From Minisyncoccota bacterium (lineage in GTDB: Bacteria; Patescibacteriota; Minisyncoccia; Phycocordibacterales; UBA9973), in the NCBI GenBank assembly GCA_041650615.1, contig JBAZKU010000001.1, positions 524,854 through 588,853 on the forward strand: a DNA stretch of 64,000 nucleotides, in the 5' to 3' direction. Below the pieces are notes generated by a model that was given only the letters and a program-made list of their open reading frames with translations, was not told where the DNA came from and ran no database searches. Shown piece after piece: positions 20,494-30,118 of the stretch (position 1 is the first letter of the stretch; every line of letters begins with the position of its first letter). Both the position numbers and the translations under genes were made by a program.

Positions 20494-21186
20494 ATGGCAA
20501 GAAAGGGAAAAATAATAGTCATAGATGGAACAGATGGAAGCGGGAAGACTACCCAGACAAATTTGCTTATAAAACACTTTCGTAAAGACGGATACAAAGT
20601 AAAGTTCATCCATTTTCCGCGCTACGAAGACAATTTTTTTGGAAAATTCATAGCGCATTGCCTTTCGGAACAATATTATAATTGGGTGAATATTCATCCG
20701 AAAATCGCTTCCGTTGTTTATGCGGCGGACAGATGGGAATCTAAAGAACAAATTCAAAGCTGGATACGAAAAGGATACATTGTGATTATGGATCGCTACA
20801 TTTCCTCAAACCAAATACATCAGGGAGGAAAAATCGCGAATGTAAAAAAACGTAAGGCATTTATCAAATGGCTCGCCGAAATGGAATATAAAGTTTTTAA
20901 AATTCCAGCACCGGATTTGACCATATATTTATCTTTGCCTATTGAAATGGTTTTAAAATTGATAAAAGACCGCAATTATAAAGGCGCCCGCGCGTATTTA
21001 GGCAGTAAAAAAGATGTGCATGAGAAAGACAAAAACTTTTTGAAAAATTCTATAAAAAGCGCTCTTTGGTTAGTTAAAACGCAAAAAAATTGGATAAAAA
21101 TTGAATGTATGGAAAAAGGGAAACTAAAAAGTTTCCCCGCTATCCATGAAGAAATTTATGAAAAAGTTAAAAAGATTATTAGATAA
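20494..21186 (+). CDS. tmk: Thymidylate kinase
   Basis: P-loop VIDGTDGSGKTTQ and DRY motif IVIMDRYISS. Confidence 0.8.
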   Translation: MARKGKIIVIDGTDGSGKTTQTNLLIKHFRKDGYKVKFIHFPRYEDNFFGKFIAHCLSEQYYNWVNIHPKIASVVYAADRWESKEQIQSWIRKGYIVIMDRYISSNQIHQGGKIANVKKRKAFIKWLAEMEYKVFKIPAPDLTIYLSLPIEMVLKLIKDRNYKGARAYLGSKKDVHEKDKNFLKNSIKSALWLVKTQKNWIKIECMEKGKLKSFPAIHEEIYEKVKKIIR

Positions 21187-21200
21187 TTAATTAAAATTAT

Positions 21201-21533
21201 ATGGAACTAAAAGAATATCAAAAGAAAGCATTAACAACAGCTATTCACCCAGAGAAATATAAGGTTATTTATCCTGCTTTAGGGCTTGGAAATGAGTCTG
21301 GAGAAGTAATGGGTAAAATTAAAAAATGGTTACGTGGAGACGACGGTGAAGGCATAATGAGCAAGGAGCGTAAAGAAGCATTAAAAGGAGAACTAGGAGA
21401 TGTTTTGTGGTATTTGGCAGTATTATCTCATGATTTAGATCTTTCTCTTGAGGATATAGCTAAATATAATTTAGATAAATTACAATCGAGAAAAAAAAGA
21501 GGAATATTGAAAGGAGATGGAGATAAAAGATAA
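21201..21533 (+). CDS. MazG-like nucleotide pyrophosphohydrolase (small, single domain)
   Basis: ELGDVLWYLAVLS and an EY..KA..T N-terminal helix; 110 aa. Confidence 0.7.
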   Translation: MELKEYQKKALTTAIHPEKYKVIYPALGLGNESGEVMGKIKKWLRGDDGEGIMSKERKEALKGELGDVLWYLAVLSHDLDLSLEDIAKYNLDKLQSRKKRGILKGDGDKR

Positions 21534-23331
21534 TTCAATGAAAGAGAAAATAGAAAATTTAATAAGAGAAACTCTTAAAAATCTCAAAGTAGAGGCTGGA
21601 GATATTATTCTTGAACATCCGGAAGATTTTAAAAATGGGGATTATTCTACGAATGTAGTTTTTGCTATAGTTTCTAATTTTACACCTATTGATGTTGAAA
21701 AAAAGAAAAGATTATTTGATGGAGGTTTAGTTGGTGAAAGAAGTGGAAATCTTAAAGAGCTCGCAGAAAAAATTGTTAAAGAATTAAACAAAAATTTACT
21801 TGAAGAAATTTTAAAAATTGAAGTTGCTGGGGCTGGCTTTGTAAACTTTTATTTAACACAAGAATTTTTTGTCAATTCCGTAAAAGAAATTTTAGAAAAT
21901 AAAAATTTTGGACAAAACAATCTTTTTGTAAATAAAAAAATAATGGTTGAATATACCCAGCCGAACCCATTTAAGCCTTTTCATATCGGGCATTTAATGA
22001 GCAATGCCATAGGCGAATCTATTTCGCGAATCATTGAATTTTCCGGAGCGAAAACAATTCGCGCCAATTATCAGGGCGACGTAGGTCCGCATGTAGCCAA
22101 AGCCATTTATCAAATGCTAAAAAATAAAAATGATACAAGTTCTGCCATGTCAGAAAATATGTCATTGACTGAAAAAGCCAGTTATATAGGACAGTCTTAT
22201 GCGGAAGGCAATGATGTTTATGAAAAAGATGAAAAAATTAAAAAAGAAATTGATGAAATAAACAAAAAAGTTTACGATAGGAGCGATAAAAAAATAAATG
22301 AAATTTATGATTGGGGAAAAAGAATCACCCTTGAAGCTTTTGAAGAAATTTATAAGACACTTGGTACGAATTTTAATTATTATTTTTTTGAAAGTCTGGT
22401 AGCTCCAACAGGCCAAAAAATTGTAGAGGAGAAGTTAGGTAAAGTTTTTGAAAAATCGGACAAGGCTATTGTATTTAAGGCCGAAAAATATGATCCAAAG
22501 CTTCATACTCGGGTTTTTATCACTTCGCAAGGGTTGCCTACTTATGAAACCAAAGAACTCGGACTCACCAAAACAAAATTTGAAAAAGAAAGTTTGGATA
22601 TGTCGGTAGTGGTTACGGCCAATGAACAAGAGGATTATATGAAAGTAGTGAAAAAAGCGCTTGAAATAATGAATCCTGAGATTGCTTCCAAGATGAAACA
22701 TATTGTTCATGGGATGATGCGCCTGGCTTCTGGCAAGATGTCTTCCAGGAAGGGCAATGTGATTACCGGAGAATCTTTGATTTCAGAGGCGTGTGATGAA
22801 ATTCTGGAAAAAATAAAAGACAGGGACTTTACAGAGGAAGAAAAAAGGCAAATTAGTAAAGATGTCGGAGTTTCAGCCTTAAAATATTCCATTCTAAAAC
22901 AAAATATTGGCGGAAATATTATTTATGATTTTGGAAAATCCATTTCTTTTGAAGGGGATTCCGGGCCATATTTGCAATATTCCTATGCTCGTGCCAATTC
23001 TGTTTTGGAAAAGGCAAAAGCAGAAAATATCTTGCCGGGCTTTTTATTGGATGATAAAAAATCCGAGATTCTTCCATTAGGAGACATAGAAAAATTATTA
23101 TACAGATTTCCAGAAGTTGTTTTAAGGTCAGCAGAAGAATTTGAACCGCATCATATTGTAAATTATTTAATAGATATCGCTCGCGCCTTTAACACTTATT
23201 ATGGGAACACAAAAATTATAGACAAAGACGATCCAATGTCGCCTTACAAAATAGCTCTCACCTTGGCTTTCTCTATGGTTATGAAAAATGGACTATATCT
23301 TCTAGGTATAAAAGCCCCAGGAAGGATGTAA
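21517..23331 (+). CDS. argS: Arginyl-tRNA synthetase (start probably ATG at 21538)
   Basis: PNPFKPFHIGHLMSNAIGESISRI HIGH region. C-terminal DALR-type segment ALKYSILKQNIGGNIIYDF. Confidence 0.88.
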   Translation: MEIKDNSMKEKIENLIRETLKNLKVEAGDIILEHPEDFKNGDYSTNVVFAIVSNFTPIDVEKKKRLFDGGLVGERSGNLKELAEKIVKELNKNLLEEILKIEVAGAGFVNFYLTQEFFVNSVKEILENKNFGQNNLFVNKKIMVEYTQPNPFKPFHIGHLMSNAIGESISRIIEFSGAKTIRANYQGDVGPHVAKAIYQMLKNKNDTSSAMSENMSLTEKASYIGQSYAEGNDVYEKDEKIKKEIDEINKKVYDRSDKKINEIYDWGKRITLEAFEEIYKTLGTNFNYYFFESLVAPTGQKIVEEKLGKVFEKSDKAIVFKAEKYDPKLHTRVFITSQGLPTYETKELGLTKTKFEKESLDMSVVVTANEQEDYMKVVKKALEIMNPEIASKMKHIVHGMMRLASGKMSSRKGNVITGESLISEACDEILEKIKDRDFTEEEKRQISKDVGVSALKYSILKQNIGGNIIYDFGKSISFEGDSGPYLQYSYARANSVLEKAKAENILPGFLLDDKKSEILPLGDIEKLLYRFPEVVLRSAEEFEPHHIVNYLIDIARAFNTYYGNTKIIDKDDPMSPYKIALTLAFSMVMKNGLYLLGIKAPGRM

Positions 23332-23364
23332 AAATCCATATTTTATGCTAAAATCAGCTAATAT

Positions 23365-26300
23365 ATGGCTGAAAATGAATTAAGTAATCCCATGCGAAAC
23401 AACGGTTCACAAAGTGAACCTGTTTCTGACGGGACAGGGAAATCGGAATCCGCGCTTCGAGAAGAAGCCGTTTTAAAATTTTGGAAAGAAAATAATGTAT
23501 TTCAGAAATCTTTAGAAAAAAAATCACCGAGAGGAGAATTTATTTTTTATGAAGGTCCGCCGACGGCTAATGGCAAACCGGGGATTCACCACCTTGAAGC
23601 GCGAGCATTTAAGGATGCTATTCCGAGGTATAAAACAATGCGAGGATTTCATGTGCGTCGCAAGGGCGGGTGGGATACCCATGGTTTGCCCGTTGAACTT
23701 CAAGTGGAGAAAAAATTGAACCTAGATTCAAAAATTGCCATTGAAAAATATGGTATTGCAAAATTTAATCAGCAATGCAAAGAAAGTGTTTGGGAATATG
23801 TTGACCTTTGGGGTAAATTTACCGAACGCATCGGTTATTGGGTAGACCAAGAAAATCCATATGTGACTTATCATAATAATTACATTGAATCTGTTTGGAA
23901 TATTTTAAAAAAAGTTAGTGCTCAAAATTTGCTTTATAAAGATTATAAAGTTGTGCCTTGGTGTCCGCGTTGTGGAACAGTTCTTTCCTCACATGAGCTT
24001 GCACAAGGATATGAAACCATAAAAGACTTGTCAGTGTACGTAAAATTCAAAATAAAAGAACAAGAAAACATTTTTATTCTTGCTTGGACCACTACACCGT
24101 GGACACTACCAGGCAACGTAGCGCTTGCTGTAGGCAAAAATATTGATTATGTAAAAATAAAAAAAGAAAATGAATTTTTGATATTAGCAGAAGAAAGACT
24201 TTCCGTTATAGACGGTGAATATGAAGTTATTGAAGAATTAAAAGGCAAAGATTTAATTGGTTTGGAATACGAACCGCTTTATCCATTTTTACAAAACACT
24301 ATTTCCGGAAAAGAAAAAGATAAAATGAATAAAGCCTATAAAATTTATAGTGCGAATTTTGTGACCACCGAAGATGGCACAGGGATAGTTCACACTGCCG
24401 TGATGTACGGACAGGACGACTTTGTGCTTGGTAATAAAGTAGGTCTGCCGAAACATCATCTCGTTGGCTTGGATGGAAAATTTTTAGCCGGTACAGGATT
24501 TTTGGAAGGCAGATTTGTACGGGATGAAGATGTGGCCGTGGATATTATAAAAGATTTGGCTCAAAAAGGACTTCTACTGAAAAAAGAAAAATATGAACAC
24601 TCCTATCCTCATTGCTGGCGTTGTCATACCGCCCTCATTTACTATGCTCGTGATTCTTGGTATATCAAAATGTCCGACTCGAAAATCAAACAGAAAATGA
24701 TTGAAGAAAATAAAGATATTAATTGGGAACCGGCACATATTCGTGATGGACGCTTCGGCGAGTGGTTGAAAGACATTAAAGATTGGGCAATATCGCGCGA
24801 ACGTTATTGGGGAAGTCCGCTTCCGGTTTGGATTTGTGAAACTTGTAAAAAGATTGAGGTTGTTGGAAGTTCGGAAGAATTGAAAGAAAAAGCAAAAAAA
24901 TCCGGGAATAAGTATTTTATAATGAGACATGGGGAAGCGGAGAATAATCTTGAAAGTGATACTGATTATAAAAATCTTAATCTCAACGCTAAATTAACAG
25001 AAAGAGGAATAGAAGAAATATTAACAAGTTGTAAAAATTTTAAAGAAAAAATTGATATAATTATTTCCTCGCCACTTGAACGAGCAAAAGAAACCACTAA
25101 AATAGTTTGTGGGCAGGTTGGTTTTCCATTTGAAAAAATCATTTACAATCAAAAAATTCAAGAATGGGAAGTTAGCTCCATTTTTAAAGGAAAGGAAAAA
25201 GCTATTTTTAAAAAATATTATGACGAAGATTATCTAGATAAACCAGATGAAGCTTTACCTGATGGAGAGAGTTTTGCGGAGGTAATTAAAAGAGTCGGTC
25301 AATTTATTTATGAGCTGGAAGTACAATATTCTAATAAAAATATTTTGATTGTCGGCCACGAAGGAGTAACTAATGCCTTAACTTTTGTAATAAAAGGATT
25401 GTCGTTAGATAGCTTATCAAAATTAAATAATCCATTTACTCCTATAAAAAATGCTGAAATAAGAGAATTTGATTTTATTCCGCTTCCGCATAATGAAAAC
25501 TATGAATTAGATTTGCACAGGCCTTACATTGATGAAATTCCGCTCGTTTGCGAATGCGGAGGAAAAATGACGCGTACCAAAGAAGTTATGGATGTATGGC
25601 TTGATTCCGGCGCTATGCCTTTTGCGCAGGACCATTACCCCTTTGACTTTGCTCGGGGTAAACCTTTTGAAAATAAAAAATTATCATATCCGGCTGACTT
25701 TATCTGCGAAGCGATAGACCAGACACGCGGGTGGTTTTACACTTTGCATGCGGTGGGAATTTTAATGGGAAAAGGGAAGGCATATAAAAATGTAATTTGT
25801 TTGGGACACTTGCTTGATGCCAAAGGGAAGAAAATGTCCAAATCCCTCGGGAATATTGTAGATCCGTGGGAGATGGTAGAGAAATATGGCGCGGATACAC
25901 TGCGTCTTTGGATGTATTCAATAAACCAGCCTGGGGAATCAAAGAATTTTGATGAAAAAACAGTTTTGGAACTTCATAGGCAGGTTTTTGGCTTGCTTTA
26001 TAATGTTTTGGCTTTTTATGAATTATATAGAAATAAAAATTTAGAAAATAATAATAGACCAAAATCAGATAATATTCTGGATATTTGGATTTTGGCCAAA
26101 TTAGATGAATTGATAGAATTAATAACAAAAAGTCTTGATAAATATAAGCTACTTGAGCCAACAAGAGCTATTCGCGATTTTATCGGCGACCTTTCTACTT
26201 GGTATTTGCGTCGTTCACGAGACAGAATTAAAGAAGGTAATATTGAAGCCAAGCAAACTTTATATTTTGTGTTGAAAAATCTGGCGAAATTAATGGCTCC

Positions 26301-26910
26301 ATTTGCCCCGCTTGCCGCCGAGGATATTTGGTTGAAATTAAAAAATAAAGATGATGCAGAAAGTGTGCATTTAACAAGTTGGCCTGTTAAAAAGTTTAAA
26401 ATTTTCTCTTTCAGTAAAACTAGGGTTTTAGAAAGCATGGAAACAGTCCGAAAAATAGTTACTCTTGGTCTTGAAGCCCGCCAGAAGGCAGGAATTAAAG
26501 TTCGTCAGCCGTTGAACCGATTGGAAATTGTAGCTGGGAGACTATTAAATGATTATCTTGAAATAATAAAAGATGAATTGAATGTTAAAAATGTTGATTA
26601 TTTATTAAAAATAAAAATAGGTTTATATAAAGTAACTCTTGATACGAAAATTACTCCCGAATTAAAACGAGAAGGAAATTATCGCGAACTAGCCAGAGCT
26701 ATTCAAGATATGCGCAAGAAAATGGGGCTTACCCCGAGTGATATTGTTTCTCTGGTTGTTGAAACAGATGAAGAAGGTAAAAAATTAATTCAAAAATTTG
26801 AAGTTGAAATAAAGAAAACTATTCTTGTGTCAAAAATAGAATTTAAACAAAACAATGGCGAGGAAATCAAAATAGATGAGCTAGTTTTTAAAATATTTAT
26901 TCAAAAATGA
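23365..26910 (+). CDS. ileS: Isoleucyl-tRNA synthetase with an inserted histidine-phosphatase-like domain of about 210 aa
   Basis: FYEGPPTANGKPGIHHLEARAFKD, editing/CP1 region, KMSKS at KMSKSLGN, C-terminal tRNA-binding region. Residues about 505-715 contain RHGE, SSPLERAKET and VGHEG motifs. Confidence 0.88.
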   Translation: MAENELSNPMRNNGSQSEPVSDGTGKSESALREEAVLKFWKENNVFQKSLEKKSPRGEFIFYEGPPTANGKPGIHHLEARAFKDAIPRYKTMRGFHVRRKGGWDTHGLPVELQVEKKLNLDSKIAIEKYGIAKFNQQCKESVWEYVDLWGKFTERIGYWVDQENPYVTYHNNYIESVWNILKKVSAQNLLYKDYKVVPWCPRCGTVLSSHELAQGYETIKDLSVYVKFKIKEQENIFILAWTTTPWTLPGNVALAVGKNIDYVKIKKENEFLILAEERLSVIDGEYEVIEELKGKDLIGLEYEPLYPFLQNTISGKEKDKMNKAYKIYSANFVTTEDGTGIVHTAVMYGQDDFVLGNKVGLPKHHLVGLDGKFLAGTGFLEGRFVRDEDVAVDIIKDLAQKGLLLKKEKYEHSYPHCWRCHTALIYYARDSWYIKMSDSKIKQKMIEENKDINWEPAHIRDGRFGEWLKDIKDWAISRERYWGSPLPVWICETCKKIEVVGSSEELKEKAKKSGNKYFIMRHGEAENNLESDTDYKNLNLNAKLTERGIEEILTSCKNFKEKIDIIISSPLERAKETTKIVCGQVGFPFEKIIYNQKIQEWEVSSIFKGKEKAIFKKYYDEDYLDKPDEALPDGESFAEVIKRVGQFIYELEVQYSNKNILIVGHEGVTNALTFVIKGLSLDSLSKLNNPFTPIKNAEIREFDFIPLPHNENYELDLHRPYIDEIPLVCECGGKMTRTKEVMDVWLDSGAMPFAQDHYPFDFARGKPFENKKLSYPADFICEAIDQTRGWFYTLHAVGILMGKGKAYKNVICLGHLLDAKGKKMSKSLGNIVDPWEMVEKYGADTLRLWMYSINQPGESKNFDEKTVLELHRQVFGLLYNVLAFYELYRNKNLENNNRPKSDNILDIWILAKLDELIELITKSLDKYKLLEPTRAIRDFIGDLSTWYLRRSRDRIKEGNIEAKQTLYFVLKNLAKLMAPFAPLAAEDIWLKLKNKDDAESVHLTSWPVKKFKIFSFSKTRVLESMETVRKIVTLGLEARQKAGIKVRQPLNRLEIVAGRLLNDYLEIIKDELNVKNVDYLLKIKIGLYKVTLDTKITPELKREGNYRELARAIQDMRKKMGLTPSDIVSLVVETDEEGKKLIQKFEVEIKKTILVSKIEFKQNNGEEIKIDELVFKIFIQK

Positions 26911-27587
26911 ACGTAGAAAATAAAAAATTGGTAATCTTTGACTTTGACGGAGTGTTGGCCAATACCTTGGAATTTTCTTTTAAAATTCATAAAGACATAA
27001 ACGGAAATTTAACTTGGGAAAAGTTTCAAAAATTTGCTATGGGAGATTTCCATGAAGAAATGAGAAGATCCGTTGAAAAAGAATCTCATATTATTCCTAA
27101 AAATTTCTATGAACTTTATGAGAAAAACCTTAATGAGATAGGGATTAATGAGGTCCTGCGAGCCACTGTTTCCGAACTCAGGAACAATCATAAGCTTGCT
27201 ATTGTTTCTTCTACCAGTAGTTCTTACATTTCTAATTTTTTAGAAAAAGAAAAAATACTTAGTTATTTTAATGACATTCTTGGGCAGGATGTGCATACCA
27301 GTAAAATAGTAAAAATAAATACTTTACTTGAGAGATACAAAATAATACCGAATTATGCTGTTTTTATTACTGATTCCCTAGGAGATATTCTTGAAGGAAA
27401 TGAATGCAAAATCAAATCCATAGGTGTTACCTGGGGAATCCACGGAAAAGAAACGCTTAAAAAAGGCAACCCATCGGCAATCATCGATGACCCAAGAGAT
27501 TTATTAGAAACAATTCAGAATGTGTTAAAATTAGATTCTAATGCATCACATTTATCACACGGAAGGAATAATATTGGGGAGCAATAA
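26907..27587 (+). CDS. HAD-superfamily hydrolase
   Basis: Motif I LVIFDFDGVLANT; D-rich motif ITDSLGD. Confidence 0.7.
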   Translation: MNVENKKLVIFDFDGVLANTLEFSFKIHKDINGNLTWEKFQKFAMGDFHEEMRRSVEKESHIIPKNFYELYEKNLNEIGINEVLRATVSELRNNHKLAIVSSTSSSYISNFLEKEKILSYFNDILGQDVHTSKIVKINTLLERYKIIPNYAVFITDSLGDILEGNECKIKSIGVTWGIHGKETLKKGNPSAIIDDPRDLLETIQNVLKLDSNASHLSHGRNNIGEQ

Positions 27588-28119
27588 TTTCGGGGAAACC
27601 GGAAAATATTATGCCATTTTTACTCGCGATTTGGGGATGATTTATGCTTCTGCACAAGGGGTGCGCAAAATGTCTTCAAAACTACGTTTTGTTTTGCAGG
27701 ATTTTGCCTACCTCAAAATTGACCTGGTAAAAGGAAAAGATTTTTGGCGAGTAACAAATGCATCAAAAACAAATAAACTTGAAAATTTATCCAAATTGGA
27801 AATTTTTGAAGTTTTTATAAATATTTCAAAATTATTAAAACGCTTGCTGGCCGGAGAAGACCCAAATAAAGATTTATTTGTTGATTTGATAAATGGATTA
27901 TCGGTTTTAGAGAAATCCAAAACAAAAGATGAATTACGCAATATTGAAGCTGTTATTGTTTTACGTACTCTTAATAATTTGGGATATATAGGAGGCAATG
28001 AAGTGTTGCAAGACTTCATCAAGTCGCCATTTGAGGAAGATATAATCTTTAAAGTTTCGGAGAGCAGGGTAAAAATATTGCATCAAATAAACAAAGCCCT
28101 CAAAGAGACACATTTGTAA
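27541..28119 (+). CDS. recO: DNA repair protein RecO (short form)
   Basis: N-terminal OB domain EGIILGSNNFGETGKYYAIFTRDLGMIYASAQGVRKMSSKL matches the RecO_N pattern. Confidence 0.65.
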   Translation: MHHIYHTEGIILGSNNFGETGKYYAIFTRDLGMIYASAQGVRKMSSKLRFVLQDFAYLKIDLVKGKDFWRVTNASKTNKLENLSKLEIFEVFINISKLLKRLLAGEDPNKDLFVDLINGLSVLEKSKTKDELRNIEAVIVLRTLNNLGYIGGNEVLQDFIKSPFEEDIIFKVSESRVKILHQINKALKETHL

Positions 28120-28161
28120 AATAGCTTATCCTGTAAGAGATTTTTAAAATCTCGTTCGGGA

Positions 28162-28170
28162 TGGTATAAT
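28162..28170 (+). promoter_or_regulatory. Extended -10 box TGgTATAAT, 6 nt upstream of the ATG at 28177
   Basis: TGGTATAAT at 28162-28170; ATG at 28177. Confidence 0.5.
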
Positions 28171-28176
28171 AATTTA

Positions 28177-30108
28177 ATGCCACTTCACGATAGAGATAAA
28201 TTAAATAGATTAGAAGAGCTAAAAAGCAAGCTCTTTAATAAAGATTACCAAACAAAAATCGAACATCGCGACAGCTTCCCGCATTTCCAAAAAAGGGAAG
28301 TAATGGACTCTTGGATAAAAAAAGAAAATACTGAACCAAACTTAGGAGAAAAATTTTTTATGAAAACGTCCATGTTTAAGAAATTTTTTATATTTTCCAT
28401 AGTTTTTTTTATTTTAGCAATAGGCTATGCTGCTTATACATTTTTTGCCAATAGCAATAGTGTTTCCAACGACAATATCGATATTTCCGTACTCAGTAAT
28501 GCTTTCACTGCCGGCGGAGAGGATTATTCTCTTTTACTGGAAATAACAAATAAAAACAATTCTCCCCTTGAACTTGCTGATCTCATAATAGAATATCCGA
28601 ATGGTTCACAAGAGAGTTCCCAGGGAGACAGCGATCATTTGCGTCTATCTTTAGGGACAATTCCAGCCGGAGGAATAAAAAATGAGAATGTAAATATAAT
28701 ACTTTTTGGCGAACAGGGAAGTACGAGTGAAATAAAAATTTCCCTTGAGTATAGAGTAGAAGGTTCAAACGCTATTTTTGTAAAAGAAAAAACTTATAAT
28801 GTTTCTATAAATTCCACGCCCATAAATCTTTCAATTGACGCTCCCACTGAAGCAACTTCCAATCAAAATATCAATCTTGGCGTAAAGGCTACTTTAAACT
28901 CTACTAAATCTGCCTCTAATATGCTTCTGAAAGTTGATTACCCAATTGGTTTTCAATTTGTGAAAGCAACACCTGCGCCGTCCTTGGGTAATAATATTTG
29001 GAATCTAGGAGATCTTGCACCTGGCATGGAACGCAGTATTTCCATTTCTGGTAAAATGATTGATGTTTTTGATGGAGAACAGAAAGTTTTTAGAGCGTGG
29101 AGCGGATCCCAATCTCCTACAGACAAATCTTTGATCGGAGTTGTTTTTAATTCTCTAGAACATATTGTTATGATAACGAAGCCCTCAATTAATGCAGAGC
29201 TTCTCGTAAATGGTGTTTTGGATACAAAGTATGTTATAGACACCAAGACTCCGATTCAAGGACAAATACAGTGGACAAATAATCTGGAAACAAAAATAAA
29301 TAATTTGAAAATTGTGGCAAAGATTTCCGGCAATGCGGTTAATCGGGGGACAATATCAGGAGGACAAGGTTTCTACAGTTCGTCGCAAGATATGATAACT
29401 TGGGATAAGAATTCTCAAAGCCAATTTGCGGAAATAAATCCAGGAGATTCTGGATCCGTATCTTTTTCTCTTTCCTCTCTTTCTCTTTTTTCTGCCGCTG
29501 GCGGGATTATATCTTCCCCTTCTATTAATATAGATGTTTCTATTACAGGTGAACAGGCGCAAAGCAGTGGTAGTATTACGGAATTAAGCAATGAAAGTTC
29601 CAAAGTTATAAAAGTTATTTCCGATATTGGACTTTCAAATAAGGTGCTTTATAGTTCAGGGGTATTTACAAATAGCGGGCCAATACCTCCCAAAGTGGAA
29701 CAGAAAACAACTTATACTATTGTTTGGTCCCTTTCCAATACTGCAAATAATATTTCAAAAGCCAAAGTAGTTTCTACCCTTCCGCCCTGGGTGCGATTTA
29801 TCGGGTCATTTTCCCCAACAACAGAAGATTTAACTTTTAATGATTCCACAAAAGAAATAGTTTGGAATATCGGAGGAATTCCAGCAGGTACCGGCATTAC
29901 CGGAGCGGACAGAGAGGTTTCTTTTCAAATAGAGCTTACTCCTTCGCTTTCCCAGGTTGGCACTATGCCTGTTCTCGTAAACGATACAACTTTGACCGGA
30001 TACGATGATTTTGCTAATGTGGATGTGAGAGTAAATAAAGCATCACTTAATACCAGATTGCTAAATGATCCTAGTTTCCCAGCCAGTGGAGATAGAGTGG
30101 TAGAATAA
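28177..30108 (+). CDS. Membrane-anchored surface protein with DUF11/CARDB-like conserved repeat domains
   Basis: Cytoplasmic N-terminus of about 65 aa, transmembrane segment FFIFSIVFFILAIGYAAYTFF, then repeat domains (KVDYPIGFQFVKATPAPSLGNNIWNLGDLAPGMERSISISG; VVSTLPPWVRFIGSFSPTTEDLTFNDSTKEIVWNIGGIPAGTG). Confidence 0.55.
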   Translation: MPLHDRDKLNRLEELKSKLFNKDYQTKIEHRDSFPHFQKREVMDSWIKKENTEPNLGEKFFMKTSMFKKFFIFSIVFFILAIGYAAYTFFANSNSVSNDNIDISVLSNAFTAGGEDYSLLLEITNKNNSPLELADLIIEYPNGSQESSQGDSDHLRLSLGTIPAGGIKNENVNIILFGEQGSTSEIKISLEYRVEGSNAIFVKEKTYNVSINSTPINLSIDAPTEATSNQNINLGVKATLNSTKSASNMLLKVDYPIGFQFVKATPAPSLGNNIWNLGDLAPGMERSISISGKMIDVFDGEQKVFRAWSGSQSPTDKSLIGVVFNSLEHIVMITKPSINAELLVNGVLDTKYVIDTKTPIQGQIQWTNNLETKINNLKIVAKISGNAVNRGTISGGQGFYSSSQDMITWDKNSQSQFAEINPGDSGSVSFSLSSLSLFSAAGGIISSPSINIDVSITGEQAQSSGSITELSNESSKVIKVISDIGLSNKVLYSSGVFTNSGPIPPKVEQKTTYTIVWSLSNTANNISKAKVVSTLPPWVRFIGSFSPTTEDLTFNDSTKEIVWNIGGIPAGTGITGADREVSFQIELTPSLSQVGTMPVLVNDTTLTGYDDFANVDVRVNKASLNTRLLNDPSFPASGDRVVE

Positions 30109-30118
30109 TAAAATTTTT

